Part shown: positions 42,669 to 51,356 of the stretch, one piece after another
Layout: every line of letters starts with the position of its first letter
Position numbering within the stretch: position 1 is the stretch's first letter
Virus record (IMG/VR): IMGVR_UViG_3300048089_000161
From: a virus
Reading direction: 5' to 3' (one strand)
DNA length: 54,450 nt
Made by a program: the position numbers and the translations under genes
The notes under the pieces: generated by a model
Database searches by the model: none
Told to the model about the DNA's origin: nothing
What the model saw: the letters and a program-made list of their open reading frames with translations, nothing else

Positions 42669-43640
42669 ATGGCAGATGAGCGCTACAACATCGGGCCCAT
42701 GGCTGCGTCATGGCTGCGTGCCCTCAAGTCGGAGAACAAGAGCGACAACACGATCCGGATCTACGCACACGCGATCAATTCGTTCGCGTGGTTCCTGCTC
42801 GACGAGGAAGACGGATACCAGCCGGTCGCCAACGAGGACGGCACTCCCGGCCGGCCCGCCCCGACCGACCTCGACGAGATACACCGCGAGCATGTGCAGG
42901 CGTACATCGCCGCGACGATCGCCCGCACCTCGGCGTCGAACGCACACAACCACTTCCGTTCGCTGAAAACCTTCTTCGGCTGGCTGCACGACGAGGAAGA
43001 GATCGACCGCACCCCCATGCGGACGATGAAGCCCCCGACGGTCACCGAGACCGAGGTACCCGTCATCACCGAGGGCGACCTCGTGAAGCTGTTCAAGGCG
43101 TGCAAGGGGAAGACGTACGCCGACCGCCGAGACACGGCGATCCTGATGCTGTTCCTCGACACGGGCGTGCGGCTGTCCGAACTCACCGACCGTAGGGTCG
43201 CCGACCTCGACCTCGACCTCATGGTGCTGCGGGTCTTGGGCAAGAAAGACAAGTGGCGATCTGTGCCGTTCGGCCGCGCGACCGCGACCGCCCTCGACCG
43301 GTACCTGCGGGCGGCCGCGAAGCACAAGGGCAAGGCGCTGCACGAGGAGATGTGGCTGTGGTGGGCCGACCGCGGGAAGGGGAATCGGCTCACCATCTGG
43401 GGTGTGGGGACCATGCTCAAGCGGCGGTGTGCCGAGGCCGGGATCGATCCGATCCACCCTCACCAGTTCCGGCACACGTTCGCGCACCTGTGGAAGGTGG
43501 GCGGCGGGAACGAGGACGACTTGATGCGTATCACCGGGTGGAGTTCGCGGCAGATGCTGTCTCGCTACGCGGCGTCGGCCGGCGCCGAGCGCGCACGCGC
43601 CGCTCATGCCCGTCTCAGTCCGGCGGATCGGATCGCCTGA
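42669..43640 (+). CDS. int: Tyrosine integrase (XerC/D-like phage integrase)
   Basis: It has an N-terminal SAM-like domain. The catalytic residue contexts are 'ILMLFLDTGVRLSEL' (R), 'HPHQFRHTFA' (HxxR) and 'WSSRQMLSRY' (Y). Confidence 0.92.
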   Translation: MADERYNIGPMAASWLRALKSENKSDNTIRIYAHAINSFAWFLLDEEDGYQPVANEDGTPGRPAPTDLDEIHREHVQAYIAATIARTSASNAHNHFRSLKTFFGWLHDEEEIDRTPMRTMKPPTVTETEVPVITEGDLVKLFKACKGKTYADRRDTAILMLFLDTGVRLSELTDRRVADLDLDLMVLRVLGKKDKWRSVPFGRATATALDRYLRAAAKHKGKALHEEMWLWWADRGKGNRLTIWGVGTMLKRRCAEAGIDPIHPHQFRHTFAHLWKVGGGNEDDLMRITGWSSRQMLSRYAASAGAERARAAHARLSPADRIA

Positions 43641-43650
43641 ACAACAACTG

Positions 43651-43692
43651 CGCCCCGGTGCCCGGCTCGTCGACGAGCCGGCTACCGGGGCG
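43651..43692. terminator. Long hairpin between convergent int and ORF 43715..43900 (bidirectional terminator)
   Basis: cgccccggt (43651-43659) pairs with accggggcg (43684-43692). This encloses the inner 20-bp perfect palindrome ccggctcgtcgacgagccgg (43662-43681; ccggctcg 43662-43669 pairs with cgagccgg 43674-43681 around tcga). Confidence 0.7.
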
Positions 43693-43714
43693 TACGTGTG
43701 CAGCCGGGCGAGGG

Positions 43715-43900
43715 TTACGGCTCTCGCTGCACTGAGAGATTGCCGACGAGTTGCGGCATGCCCAGGCACAGAAGTGCGAGTGCCGAAGCCTCGTCGATCT
43801 GTTGGGGATCGTGAGCGAGCCGGACGTACTTCCCGAAGTCGCGATACATCATCGGCACACCTCGGTCGAGTTCGACCTGCTCCACTCGCACATCTGTCAC
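43715..43900 (-). CDS. Hypothetical small protein (61 aa)
   Basis: Reverse-strand ORF between int and the repressor. No motif was recognised and coding status is uncertain. Confidence 0.35.
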   Translation of the reverse strand: MTDVRVEQVELDRGVPMMYRDFGKYVRLAHDPQQIDEASALALLCLGMPQLVGNLSVQREP

Positions 43901-44097
43901 GTGACCCCCAGTTCCCGCCGGTCGATTGAGTGCAGCACCAATCGAACCGACGTTCGATACGCGCGAGGTTCGATCACTCTACGACGAGGCAGGGTCTAAA
44001 CACAGGGCGTTTCACCTGACACGGTGTGTGATCTCGTCACCAAGAGGCGACAGGCTAAACGCGACTTCACGGAAGCATCACCCGATCGAGTGAGCGC

Positions 44098-44481
44098 TTA
44101 CCGCTCGGCGTCCCATCGCTCTGCTACCGCCTGCGCCTTATCGGTGGATCCGTCCGTGTCTCCGTCCGGACCGATCATGCGAAGCAGGACGGCCGGCGCC
44201 CCGCTCGCCAACTCGACCTCGGTGTACCCGATCACTTGCAAGTGCGCCGCGGCCGCGACGATCGCACGGTCGATCCCGAGCCCGATGGCGAGCGCGCCGA
44301 CGAGTTGAGGCGTGACGTCGTACCCCTGGTCGCGGATGATCTTCGCGACCAGGCTCTTACTCGGCGACCATCCGGTATCCGGGTCCACAGCAGCGTCCGC
44401 GAACTCTCGTGTGGACACGCGCCGCCCTACGCCGACATGCGCCTTCACGAGTTCCGTGAGCGCGTTGCGCTGCTCTGGCAT
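44098..44481 (-). CDS. Putative immunity repressor (HTH DNA-binding protein)
   Basis: 127 aa. 'RRVSTREFADAAV...SKSLVAKIIRDQGYDVTPQLVGALAIGLGID' is HTH-like. It is divergent from a cro-like gene across a 250-bp region carrying three operator copies. Confidence 0.65.
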   Translation of the reverse strand: MPEQRNALTELVKAHVGVGRRVSTREFADAAVDPDTGWSPSKSLVAKIIRDQGYDVTPQLVGALAIGLGIDRAIVAAAAHLQVIGYTEVELASGAPAVLLRMIGPDGDTDGSTDKAQAVAERWDAER

Positions 44482-44578
44482 CCCTCCGCCTCTCCAGCCT
44501 CATAAGTCCACACCCAAAACCGGGCGAACAAGCGAATTCGCAGGTCAGGGCGTACAACCATTTCGGTCTGCGAGACAT

Positions 44579-44596
44579 TGTCCACGATCGGGGGCA
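44579..44596. promoter_or_regulatory. Operator copy (TGTCCACGATCGGGGGCA, one mismatch)
   Basis: Direct reading in the repressor/cro intergenic region. Confidence 0.65.
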
Positions 44597-44648
44597 GTCA
44601 TGGGGGCTCCGGGGGCATGCTCGGCTGATTCTTAACTCCCCCATAAGG

Positions 44649-44666
44649 TGCCCACGATCGTGGACG
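44649..44666. promoter_or_regulatory. Operator copy (TGCCCACGATCGTGGACG, inverted orientation)
   Basis: Direct reading. Confidence 0.65.
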
Positions 44667-44694
44667 CCGTTCGAACGATGTGCTCTACTGAGGC

Positions 44695-44712
44695 TGTCCA
44701 CGATCGTGGGCA
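44695..44712. promoter_or_regulatory. Operator copy (TGTCCACGATCGTGGGCA), just upstream of the cro-like RBS
   Basis: Identical to 42639-42656. Confidence 0.7.
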
Positions 44713-44731
44713 GCAAAACGGAGGCTCATCC

Positions 44732-45112
44732 ATGACCCCTGCCCGGCTCCATCTGACCAGCAATCACATGCTGCGAGGACTGATGACCTGGGCGCCGGGC
44801 GGCGGCTCGCTGGATATCCGGAAGCTCGCCGACGCCGTCGGCGTCTCGAAGAGCAAGATCGGCGCACTGCTGTCGGGGGAACGCCCTTCGGTCACAAAGG
44901 ACATTGCCGACCGCATATGCGAAGTGCTCGACGTACGTCGGGACGCTCTTTTTTATGACCCACTGCCCACGCCCATGGGCGTGGGCAGTCATCCCAAGGA
45001 AGGGGCAGAACGACGTGAACACGAGCGAGCGGTCGCAACAGATGAGGTTCGCGGCTCACATGAGTTGGGCGAACACCTCGAACAGGTCGGCTCGTACCGC
45101 CGCCGCTCGTAG
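44732..45112 (+). CDS. Cro/XRE-like HTH regulator
   Basis: The ATG at 44732 follows an aacggagg RBS. 'IRKLADAVGVSKSKIGALLSGERPSVTKDIADRICEVL' is a Cro/C1 HTH. The last ~30 codons overlap the next gene out of frame. Confidence 0.65.
   Translation: MTPARLHLTSNHMLRGLMTWAPGGGSLDIRKLADAVGVSKSKIGALLSGERPSVTKDIADRICEVLDVRRDALFYDPLPTPMGVGSHPKEGAERREHERAVATDEVRGSHELGEHLEQVGSYRRRS
44963..44988. repeat. 26-bp perfect palindrome CTGCCCACGCCCATGGGCGTGGGCAG
   Basis: Self-complementary on direct reading. It lies inside the cro-like ORF and ~27 nt upstream of the GTG at 45015. Confidence 0.9.
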
Positions 45113-45341
45113 GGCGTCGCATCACACGCGGTTCGTCGACATGGCGCGAGAGAAGCACCCCGACGCGACCGAGCAGCAGATCGCACAGATCGCTGAGTCG
45201 CTGCGCAGTGCGCATTACACCGCGCTCGCCCTCAAGTCGGCGGCCGCCCGCCGCGCCAAGAGCGAGGCCACGAAGGCGAAGAAGCGGGCCGAGGCGCAGC
45301 AGCACCTCGCGAACTACCGCCCCGGCGCGGCCGCCGCCTGA
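45015..45341 (+). CDS. Hypothetical basic protein (108 aa)
   Basis: The GTG at 45015 follows an aaggaagggg RBS, with the ATG at 45045 as an alternative. 'MRFAAHMSWANTSNRSARTAAARRA...' has genic composition. The start is uncertain because of the 98-nt overlap with the cro-like ORF. Confidence 0.5.
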   Translation: MNTSERSQQMRFAAHMSWANTSNRSARTAAARRASHHTRFVDMAREKHPDATEQQIAQIAESLRSAHYTALALKSAAARRAKSEATKAKKRAEAQQHLANYRPGAAAA

Positions 45342-45437
45342 CAGACCCCGGACGCGAGTCGGGGCCGCCCGGACCGGCATCCGGAACGACCCCTGTCGGC
45401 TCGCTCCCCACTCAACACAGAAAGCGAGGCACGTGCC

Positions 45438-45791
45438 TTGAGCGCACAGGTTATCCCCCTGCGTACGGCGGAGGCTCCGACGGTCGACGCCCGGCTCACT
45501 GCGGTTGAGACGGCGATCGACTACCTGATGTTGCCGACCGTGCGGCCGCCGCTGGTCCGCGAGGACGGCGTACACGTCGTCGTCGCCGACGGCGAGCAGT
45601 TCGCTGCGTGGGTGTTCACCCTCGGCGGCGACGTGAACCGCGCGCCCGCCCTCGACGGGGCGTCGCTGTGGACGCTGCGCACCGAGACGCCGGCCCGCAG
45701 CGACGGCTCGACCGTCCGGATCCTCGTGCACGTCGCCCTCATGCACGGCGAGTTCGTGCCCGCCGAGTTCCGCAGCGAGGTGTCGGCATGA
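45438..45791 (+). CDS. Hypothetical protein (117 aa)
   Basis: TTG start per the ORF track; coupled to the next gene. Confidence 0.55.
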   Translation: MSAQVIPLRTAEAPTVDARLTAVETAIDYLMLPTVRPPLVREDGVHVVVADGEQFAAWVFTLGGDVNRAPALDGASLWTLRTETPARSDGSTVRILVHVALMHGEFVPAEFRSEVSA

Positions 45792-46291
45792 CGAACCCGA
45801 CCGTCGATCGAGCGGCCCGCATCATCGCCGCGGCGATCGTGCACGGCACCTCGACCGACCCCGCCCTCGACGCCGCGCAGGCACTCGCCGACGCGCGGCT
45901 GCTCGTTCCGGCACCCGACCCGTTCGCAAAGCCCGGCCGCAACCGGCCCGAACCGAGCCCGGCCGCTGTCGCCGCCCTCGCCGCGTGCGGCAAGGCGAAG
46001 CAGGCGGCCGACACCGCGCGGGCGCAAACCGAGGGCATGCCCGGCGAGCCCGACGTGTCCGCGGCCGGCGGCGAGGTGACATTCGTCGTCCACCCGCAGT
46101 CGGTCGCCGACTGGCGGCAGTGGACGCACGCCCTCGGTGTCGGCGACGCCCGCGGCGACTCGACCGGCGTCGCGATGGTCGTCCGCTGCACGTACGGCGG
46201 TGTCCGCGCCCGCCTCGTCGGGGTCGGCGTGCCCGCCCTGTACGGCGAGTTGCACGGCCGTCTCGACCGTCGGACGGCGGTACGGCCGTGA
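45788..46291 (+). CDS. Hypothetical protein (167 aa)
   Basis: ATGA overlap at 45788. Confidence 0.6.
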   Translation: MTNPTVDRAARIIAAAIVHGTSTDPALDAAQALADARLLVPAPDPFAKPGRNRPEPSPAAVAALAACGKAKQAADTARAQTEGMPGEPDVSAAGGEVTFVVHPQSVADWRQWTHALGVGDARGDSTGVAMVVRCTYGGVRARLVGVGVPALYGELHGRLDRRTAVRP

Positions 46292-46377
46292 GCCTCGACA
46301 ACTGGATCGCCGCCGCGATCATCGCGCTCGCCGCGATCGCTCTGCTGCTCGCTTCGTCTGCCGGGGGTTCCCAATGA
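46288..46377 (+). CDS. Tiny membrane peptide (29 aa)
   Basis: GTGA and ATGA overlaps at both ends; translation VSLDNWIAAAIIALAAIALLLASSAGGSQ. Confidence 0.4.
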   Translation: MSLDNWIAAAIIALAAIALLLASSAGGSQ

Positions 46378-46769
46378 CCAAGCCCAACGTGCCCGTTGAC
46401 GGGCCGTACCGCATCACGACCGAGCCGATCCCCACGGGCGTGACACTCGACGTCGAGCCGTTCGTGCAGCGCGTCGTGACCGACGTCGTCGAGGCGCTGC
46501 TCACCGACCGGTTCCTCGACCGGTTCGACGGGCTCGTCGACATGCAGGCGCGTGACCCGCACCTGATCGAGCGCCCCGGCGACCTCCCGTTCGAGGGGCT
46601 CGTCGACGACCTCGTCGTCGAGGTGCGCACGAAGCTGCCGGTCTACGGCGGGCAGTGCTCGCGCCTCGCCGAGCGGCTGCTCGTGCTCAGCCTCGCCGGA
46701 CAGGTGCGGTCGCTCGCCGACCGTCGTGCGGCTGCCGTCCAGCGCGCCGAGGGGGGTGCGGCGGCGTGA
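46374..46769 (+). CDS. Hypothetical protein (131 aa)
   Basis: ATGA overlap at 46374. Confidence 0.6.
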   Translation: MTKPNVPVDGPYRITTEPIPTGVTLDVEPFVQRVVTDVVEALLTDRFLDRFDGLVDMQARDPHLIERPGDLPFEGLVDDLVVEVRTKLPVYGGQCSRLAERLLVLSLAGQVRSLADRRAAAVQRAEGGAAA

Positions 46770-47428
46770 AGCAGACACACCGCGACGAGTGGCGAGTCAT
46801 GGTCACTCTCAAGCTGCGCCGCCCCGCCGACCTCGGGCTTACCGGGCTCGACGACCTCGCCGAGTTCGTTGCCCCGAGCGGGCCGATCACAATCGCCGTG
46901 CTGCCGCGCCGGCTCGGCAGCCTCGGGTTCGGCGCTGTGTCCACGAGCGACAGCCTCGTGAGCCGCGACGTCGAGGGCGACTATCGGCGCCGCTGTGAGG
47001 AGATCGCGGTCGAGCTGCGGCACCGTCCGCAGGTCGACGAGGTCACCGTGACGTGCACCGAGACGCACACGTGCTCGCACTGCCGCTTGGGGTGGGAGGT
47101 GCTCACCGCCGAAGAGGCGGCCGACACGACGTGCCGTCAGGACGAGCACAGCGTCGAGGGTGAGCCCGTCTGTTGCCGTACGGCGATCGACGAGTACCGC
47201 GCTGAGCGAGGTATCCCTCTGCTCGACGAGGGCGTCGTCGCCTACCGCAACCCCGACCGGCTCGGCGTGCTGCTGTGTCGCGAGCACGGCGAGGGGTGGG
47301 CGGGTTTGGTCCCGCTCACGTCCGACGAGCTGCCGGACGGCGGTGTGTGCACCCACGGCGACCCCGCCGACCCGAGCGACCGGTGCGGTCGCGACGTGCT
47401 GATCGTCGAAGCGGGTGAGTCCGCATGA
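46766..47428 (+). CDS. Hypothetical Cys-rich protein (220 aa)
   Basis: GTGA overlap. It has multiple Cys pairs (TCTETHTCSHC; VCCRT; LLCREHG; VCTHG...RCG). Confidence 0.6.
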   Translation: MKQTHRDEWRVMVTLKLRRPADLGLTGLDDLAEFVAPSGPITIAVLPRRLGSLGFGAVSTSDSLVSRDVEGDYRRRCEEIAVELRHRPQVDEVTVTCTETHTCSHCRLGWEVLTAEEAADTTCRQDEHSVEGEPVCCRTAIDEYRAERGIPLLDEGVVAYRNPDRLGVLLCREHGEGWAGLVPLTSDELPDGGVCTHGDPADPSDRCGRDVLIVEAGESA

Positions 47429-47847
47429 GCGCCCGCGACGTGATTGTGCACGCGCTGCGCGTCTACTACGCCGACAGCCGAGACACGAACGTCCTGGTCG
47501 ACAAGCTGCTCGCGAAGTACGACGCCGAGCGGCCGGTGAACGAGACGCTCGCCGAGGCGCGCGAGGCGGCTGCCGACCTGTTGGCGTTCGAGGCCGGCGA
47601 CCCTCACCCGTTGTGGCGGGTGATCGTGACCGACAGCGAATCGCCAGCCGGGATCGCTCCGGTCTGCACCGCCGACGGCGTCGACGACGAGCACCACATC
47701 ATCGCCGATCACTCCGACGGCCCGATGCGTGACGAAGAGGGCGTGTACGACTGCTGCCCGACGCCGCAGATCGAGACGTACTCGCCGGTTCTCTCCGCCT
47801 ACCTCGTCGAGCTGCTGAACGCCGACATCCCTGCGGGGTCGTCGTGA
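47425..47847 (+). CDS. Hypothetical protein (140 aa)
   Basis: ATGA overlap. Confidence 0.6.
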   Translation: MSARDVIVHALRVYYADSRDTNVLVDKLLAKYDAERPVNETLAEAREAAADLLAFEAGDPHPLWRVIVTDSESPAGIAPVCTADGVDDEHHIIADHSDGPMRDEEGVYDCCPTPQIETYSPVLSAYLVELLNADIPAGSS

Positions 47848-48164
47848 GCGCCCGCACCGAGGTGCACGCGGCACTCATGCGGGTCGGCTACGGGGCGGCC
47901 GCGGCCGATCGGCTGCTCGATCAGATCGAGGGCGACGCGCTCACGCGTGAGAAGGACACCCGCGGCAGCGTGCCGCAACAGGGCGAGTCCACTCACCGGC
48001 ACCCGCGCCCGTGCGAGTTCCCGACCGTGCTGCCGTGCACGTGCCCGCGCCCGTCGGCGCTGCCTGACGCGTCGTTCGTGCGTGCCCGACGGCGAGCCGG
48101 CATCGCCGCGTTCTTCCACAGTGCCCGCGACGGTCGCGCCGCGGTGTGGGCGGGGGCGGTCTGA
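47844..48164 (+). CDS. Hypothetical protein (106 aa)
   Basis: GTGA overlap. Confidence 0.55.
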   Translation: MSARTEVHAALMRVGYGAAAADRLLDQIEGDALTREKDTRGSVPQQGESTHRHPRPCEFPTVLPCTCPRPSALPDASFVRARRRAGIAAFFHSARDGRAAVWAGAV

Positions 48165-48991
48165 TGACCGATCCGAAGTGGGCGCACGACACCGAGCGGG
48201 GTCGGTACTACACCGACCCTGCCGGGGGGCCGGACCTGATCAGTGTCACGAACGCCCTGTCGAGCATCGCGAAACCGGCACTCGTGCCGTGGGCGGCGGG
48301 CCTGACCGCCGACGCCGTCATCGCCGACCCGATCACGGCCGCACGCCGGGCGCGTACCGAGCCGACAGCCCTGCGGCGCGAACTCGTCGCCGTGGCGCGG
48401 GAGTACAGCGAGCGGGCGGCCGACCTCGGCACGCGTGTGCACCTGCGGGCCGTTGCACTCGTGCTGAACACGCCGCACCCGTACGACCCCGAGGTCGAGC
48501 CGTACGCGGTGCAGCTCGCCGCGTGGTTCCGGCTGTGGCGCGTCGACTTCGAGAACGACGTCGAGGCGGTCGAGACGACCGTGATGAACCGGAAACGCGG
48601 TTACGCCGGTACGGGCGATCTGTGGCTGTGGCTGCCGACCGGCCGGTTCCGGCGGCGGCAGCTCTGGCTCATCGACTACAAGACGAGCGCGAAGAAGCCG
48701 GCGAGCACGGTGTACGACGATCAGCCGCTGCAGCTCGCTGCCCTGCGGCACGCGCCCGAGTGGCTGCTGCCGGACGACAGCAGCGAGCCGGCACCGCGGG
48801 TGCACCGTACGGCGCTGCTGAACCTGCGTCCGCGCAGTCGCCGGTTCATCGAAGTGCCATCCGACCGGGCGCAGTTCCGGGCGTTCCTCGGCGCCCTCGA
48901 AACCTCCCGCTATCTACACGACGCCCCGAGCGCGTACCCGACGGTCGACCCGCCGTGGGCGCCGGGCGTTTCCAACCGAAAGGCAGCGTGA
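48164..48991 (+). CDS. PD-(D/E)XK (Cas4/RecB-like) exonuclease
   Basis: 'GYAGTGDLWLWL' (D), 'LWLIDYKTS' (ExK-type D-x-K) and 'QLAALRHA' (QxxxY-like). Its size and context match actinophage Cas4-family exonucleases. Confidence 0.7.
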   Translation: MTDPKWAHDTERGRYYTDPAGGPDLISVTNALSSIAKPALVPWAAGLTADAVIADPITAARRARTEPTALRRELVAVAREYSERAADLGTRVHLRAVALVLNTPHPYDPEVEPYAVQLAAWFRLWRVDFENDVEAVETTVMNRKRGYAGTGDLWLWLPTGRFRRRQLWLIDYKTSAKKPASTVYDDQPLQLAALRHAPEWLLPDDSSEPAPRVHRTALLNLRPRSRRFIEVPSDRAQFRAFLGALETSRYLHDAPSAYPTVDPPWAPGVSNRKAA

Positions 48992-48994
48992 CCC

Positions 48995-50080
48995 ATGGGT
49001 TCGCGCATCATGACCATGAAGCGGCAGGCGGCCGAACTCGGCCGGATCCGCACCGGCTACAGCCGGCCCAACCCGAAGCCCAACGCGCGGCCGATCCCGG
49101 TCAAGTCCAAGACGTTCATCCTCACCTCGCACTCGCGCGAGTACATCGCCGCGGCGGCCGAGCTGTACGGCGGCCGGGTCGAGCAGTGGACGCCGCAGGG
49201 GCAGCCCGTCGCGCAGTGGCGGGTCATCACCGCGGCGACAGAACTGCGGGCGATCCTGCCCGCCGGCGACCCGCTCGACCAGTCAAACGAGATGTGGTCG
49301 GGCGGCGGCTGCTCGCGGCGCTGCGACGGCGTGACCGAGCGCCTGTCGGGCAACGCGTGCATCTGCCTTACGCAGTACGGCGAGGACTGGCACGAGCGCC
49401 CCGCCGACGAGGTGTGCCGCCCGACGTCACGCGTCGGCGTGTTCCTGCCCGATCTTCCCGACCTCGGCGTGTGGCGGGTCGAGACGAAGTCGTATTACGC
49501 GGCCGACGCGCTCGCCGGCGGGCTCGACACCGTGCTGCAGGCGACGGGCGGCAAGGGCATGATCCCCGTCCGCATGTGGATCGAGCAGCGCAAGGCACTG
49601 CGTAAGGGCAAGACGAAGCAGTTCCAAGTGATCATGATCGTGCCGTCGCTGCCAAAGCTGCGGCACGCCCTGTCGGGCCCGATCAGCACTGCCGCAGCAC
49701 TCGACCCGGCGAGCCTCAACCGCCCGGCGATCGAGGCAGCGCCCGCCGAGCGGCCCGACTACCTCGCCGAGGCACGCGGGTGCCGTACCGCCGACGACGT
49801 GATCGAGGTGTGGCGCAAGGCGAGTGACGCCGGCCACGGATCCGACGAGCTGCTCGACGATCTCAAGGCGATCGCCGCGGACATCAGCAAGGGGATCGAC
49901 CCGCGGACCGGCGAGGTCGGCGAGCAGGACGACGACGCACTCGGGCCGGACGGCGAGGGCGTGTACGACGTCGAGGTGCTCGGCGAGGGCGACGATCCCG
50001 TCGTCGAGGAACCGCCGGCCGCGCCCGCCCGGTCGTCGTGGCCTGCCGCGGCGCAGCCCGGATCGGGGGCACGCCGATGA
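48995..50080 (+). CDS. Conserved phage early protein with a 4-Cys cluster. It may belong to the phiC31 gp3 (RDF-like) family, but this is unverified.
   Basis: 'GRIRTGYSRP...KTFILTS' at the N-terminus, 'CSRRCDG...CICL...C' cluster and an acidic tail. The family assignment is from memory only. Confidence 0.35.
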   Translation: MGSRIMTMKRQAAELGRIRTGYSRPNPKPNARPIPVKSKTFILTSHSREYIAAAAELYGGRVEQWTPQGQPVAQWRVITAATELRAILPAGDPLDQSNEMWSGGGCSRRCDGVTERLSGNACICLTQYGEDWHERPADEVCRPTSRVGVFLPDLPDLGVWRVETKSYYAADALAGGLDTVLQATGGKGMIPVRMWIEQRKALRKGKTKQFQVIMIVPSLPKLRHALSGPISTAAALDPASLNRPAIEAAPAERPDYLAEARGCRTADDVIEVWRKASDAGHGSDELLDDLKAIAADISKGIDPRTGEVGEQDDDALGPDGEGVYDVEVLGEGDDPVVEEPPAAPARSSWPAAAQPGSGARR

Positions 50081-50892
50081 CGTGGTTCCTAGGCCGATGG
50101 GCCGCGTTCGACACTGAGACGACCGGCGTCGACGTCGAGAACGACCGGATCGTGACCGCCGCCGTACACGCTCGCGGCGGTGGCATCGAGCCCGAGGCCG
50201 GCGAGTGGCTCGCCGACCCCGGTATCGAGATACCCGCCGAGGCGTTCGACGTCCACAAGATCAGCACCGAGCATGCCCGCGAGCACGGCGCCCCGGCCGC
50301 GCAGGTCGTAAACGAGGTCGCGACCGAACTCGCCGCGCAAGTCGTCATGCTCGGTGCGGCGATCGTCGGGCACAACGTGTCGTACGACCTCACGCTGCTC
50401 GACCGCGAGTGCCGTCGGCACGAGCTGCCGACGCTGCACGAACGGCTCGACGGCCGCCCGCTGCACGTCATCGACACTCGGGTGCTCGATCAGCGAGCCG
50501 TGCCTTTCCGCAAGCGCGTGAGCGAGAAGCAAGGCGCGCGGCAGCTCATCACACTCGCGCAGTTCTACGGCATCCCGTGGGACGACGAGGCGGCGCACGG
50601 CTGCTCGTACGACGCGCTCGTCGCCGCGCAGGTCGCCCGCCGGATCTCAACGCTCGCGCACATGCGGCGCGGCGACTGGCCCGAGCACGTGCGCGCCGAG
50701 CGGAAGGTGTCGTTCCTGCCGTTCCGCGACCTCACGCTCGCCGAGCTGCATGCCGCACAGATCGAGTGGGCGGCCGAACAGGCGGCCGGGCTGCAAAAGC
50801 ACTTCCAGAAGACCGACCCGAACGCCGTCGTCGACGGCACATGGCCGCTGCGCCCGTGGAGCGAGCCGACCGCCGAGGGGGCACCCGCATGA
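50077..50892 (+). CDS. DnaQ-like DEDD 3'-5' exonuclease
   Basis: 'AAFDTETTGVD' (ExoI), 'IVGHNVSYDLTLL' (ExoII) and 'HGCSYDALVAAQV' (ExoIII, DEDDh). Confidence 0.85.
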   Translation: MTWFLGRWAAFDTETTGVDVENDRIVTAAVHARGGGIEPEAGEWLADPGIEIPAEAFDVHKISTEHAREHGAPAAQVVNEVATELAAQVVMLGAAIVGHNVSYDLTLLDRECRRHELPTLHERLDGRPLHVIDTRVLDQRAVPFRKRVSEKQGARQLITLAQFYGIPWDDEAAHGCSYDALVAAQVARRISTLAHMRRGDWPEHVRAERKVSFLPFRDLTLAELHAAQIEWAAEQAAGLQKHFQKTDPNAVVDGTWPLRPWSEPTAEGAPA

Positions 50893-51356
50893 CCGACCGG
50901 AACATCATCGGGTTCGACGTCGACCGCAACGGCAACGCCGCGATCGCGGTCGCGGTCGAGCGCGACGGCTCGTACACCGTGCACACCTCGGGCGTGTGCA
51001 AGTCGCTCGCCGCCGAACTGCTGCGCGGGATCGCCGCCCGACTGGACGCCGAACACGGCCCGTTCCCCTGCAGCCCGACGCAGGAACAGCACGATCGGCC
51101 GCGCGAGGACGAGCCGGCCGACGCCCGCGGCGGGCGCCTCGACCGCGACCGCGGCGTGTACCGCGACCCGCGCGGCGACTCATGGGATCTCACGCTTCTG
51201 TGGGGCGACGAGTTCGACCGCGAGTGGAAGTGGCACGGCGGTACCGACCGGCTCGGCGAGCCGATCCTGCGGGCCGACGACGGCGAGGTGCTGCCGCTCG
51301 GTCTGCTGCGCACCCTCTACGGGCCGATCACTCCGCTGTCGGGCGGTGCGGCATGA
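50889..51356 (+). CDS. Hypothetical protein (155 aa)
   Basis: ATGA overlaps at both ends. Confidence 0.6.
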   Translation: MTDRNIIGFDVDRNGNAAIAVAVERDGSYTVHTSGVCKSLAAELLRGIAARLDAEHGPFPCSPTQEQHDRPREDEPADARGGRLDRDRGVYRDPRGDSWDLTLLWGDEFDREWKWHGGTDRLGEPILRADDGEVLPLGLLRTLYGPITPLSGGAA

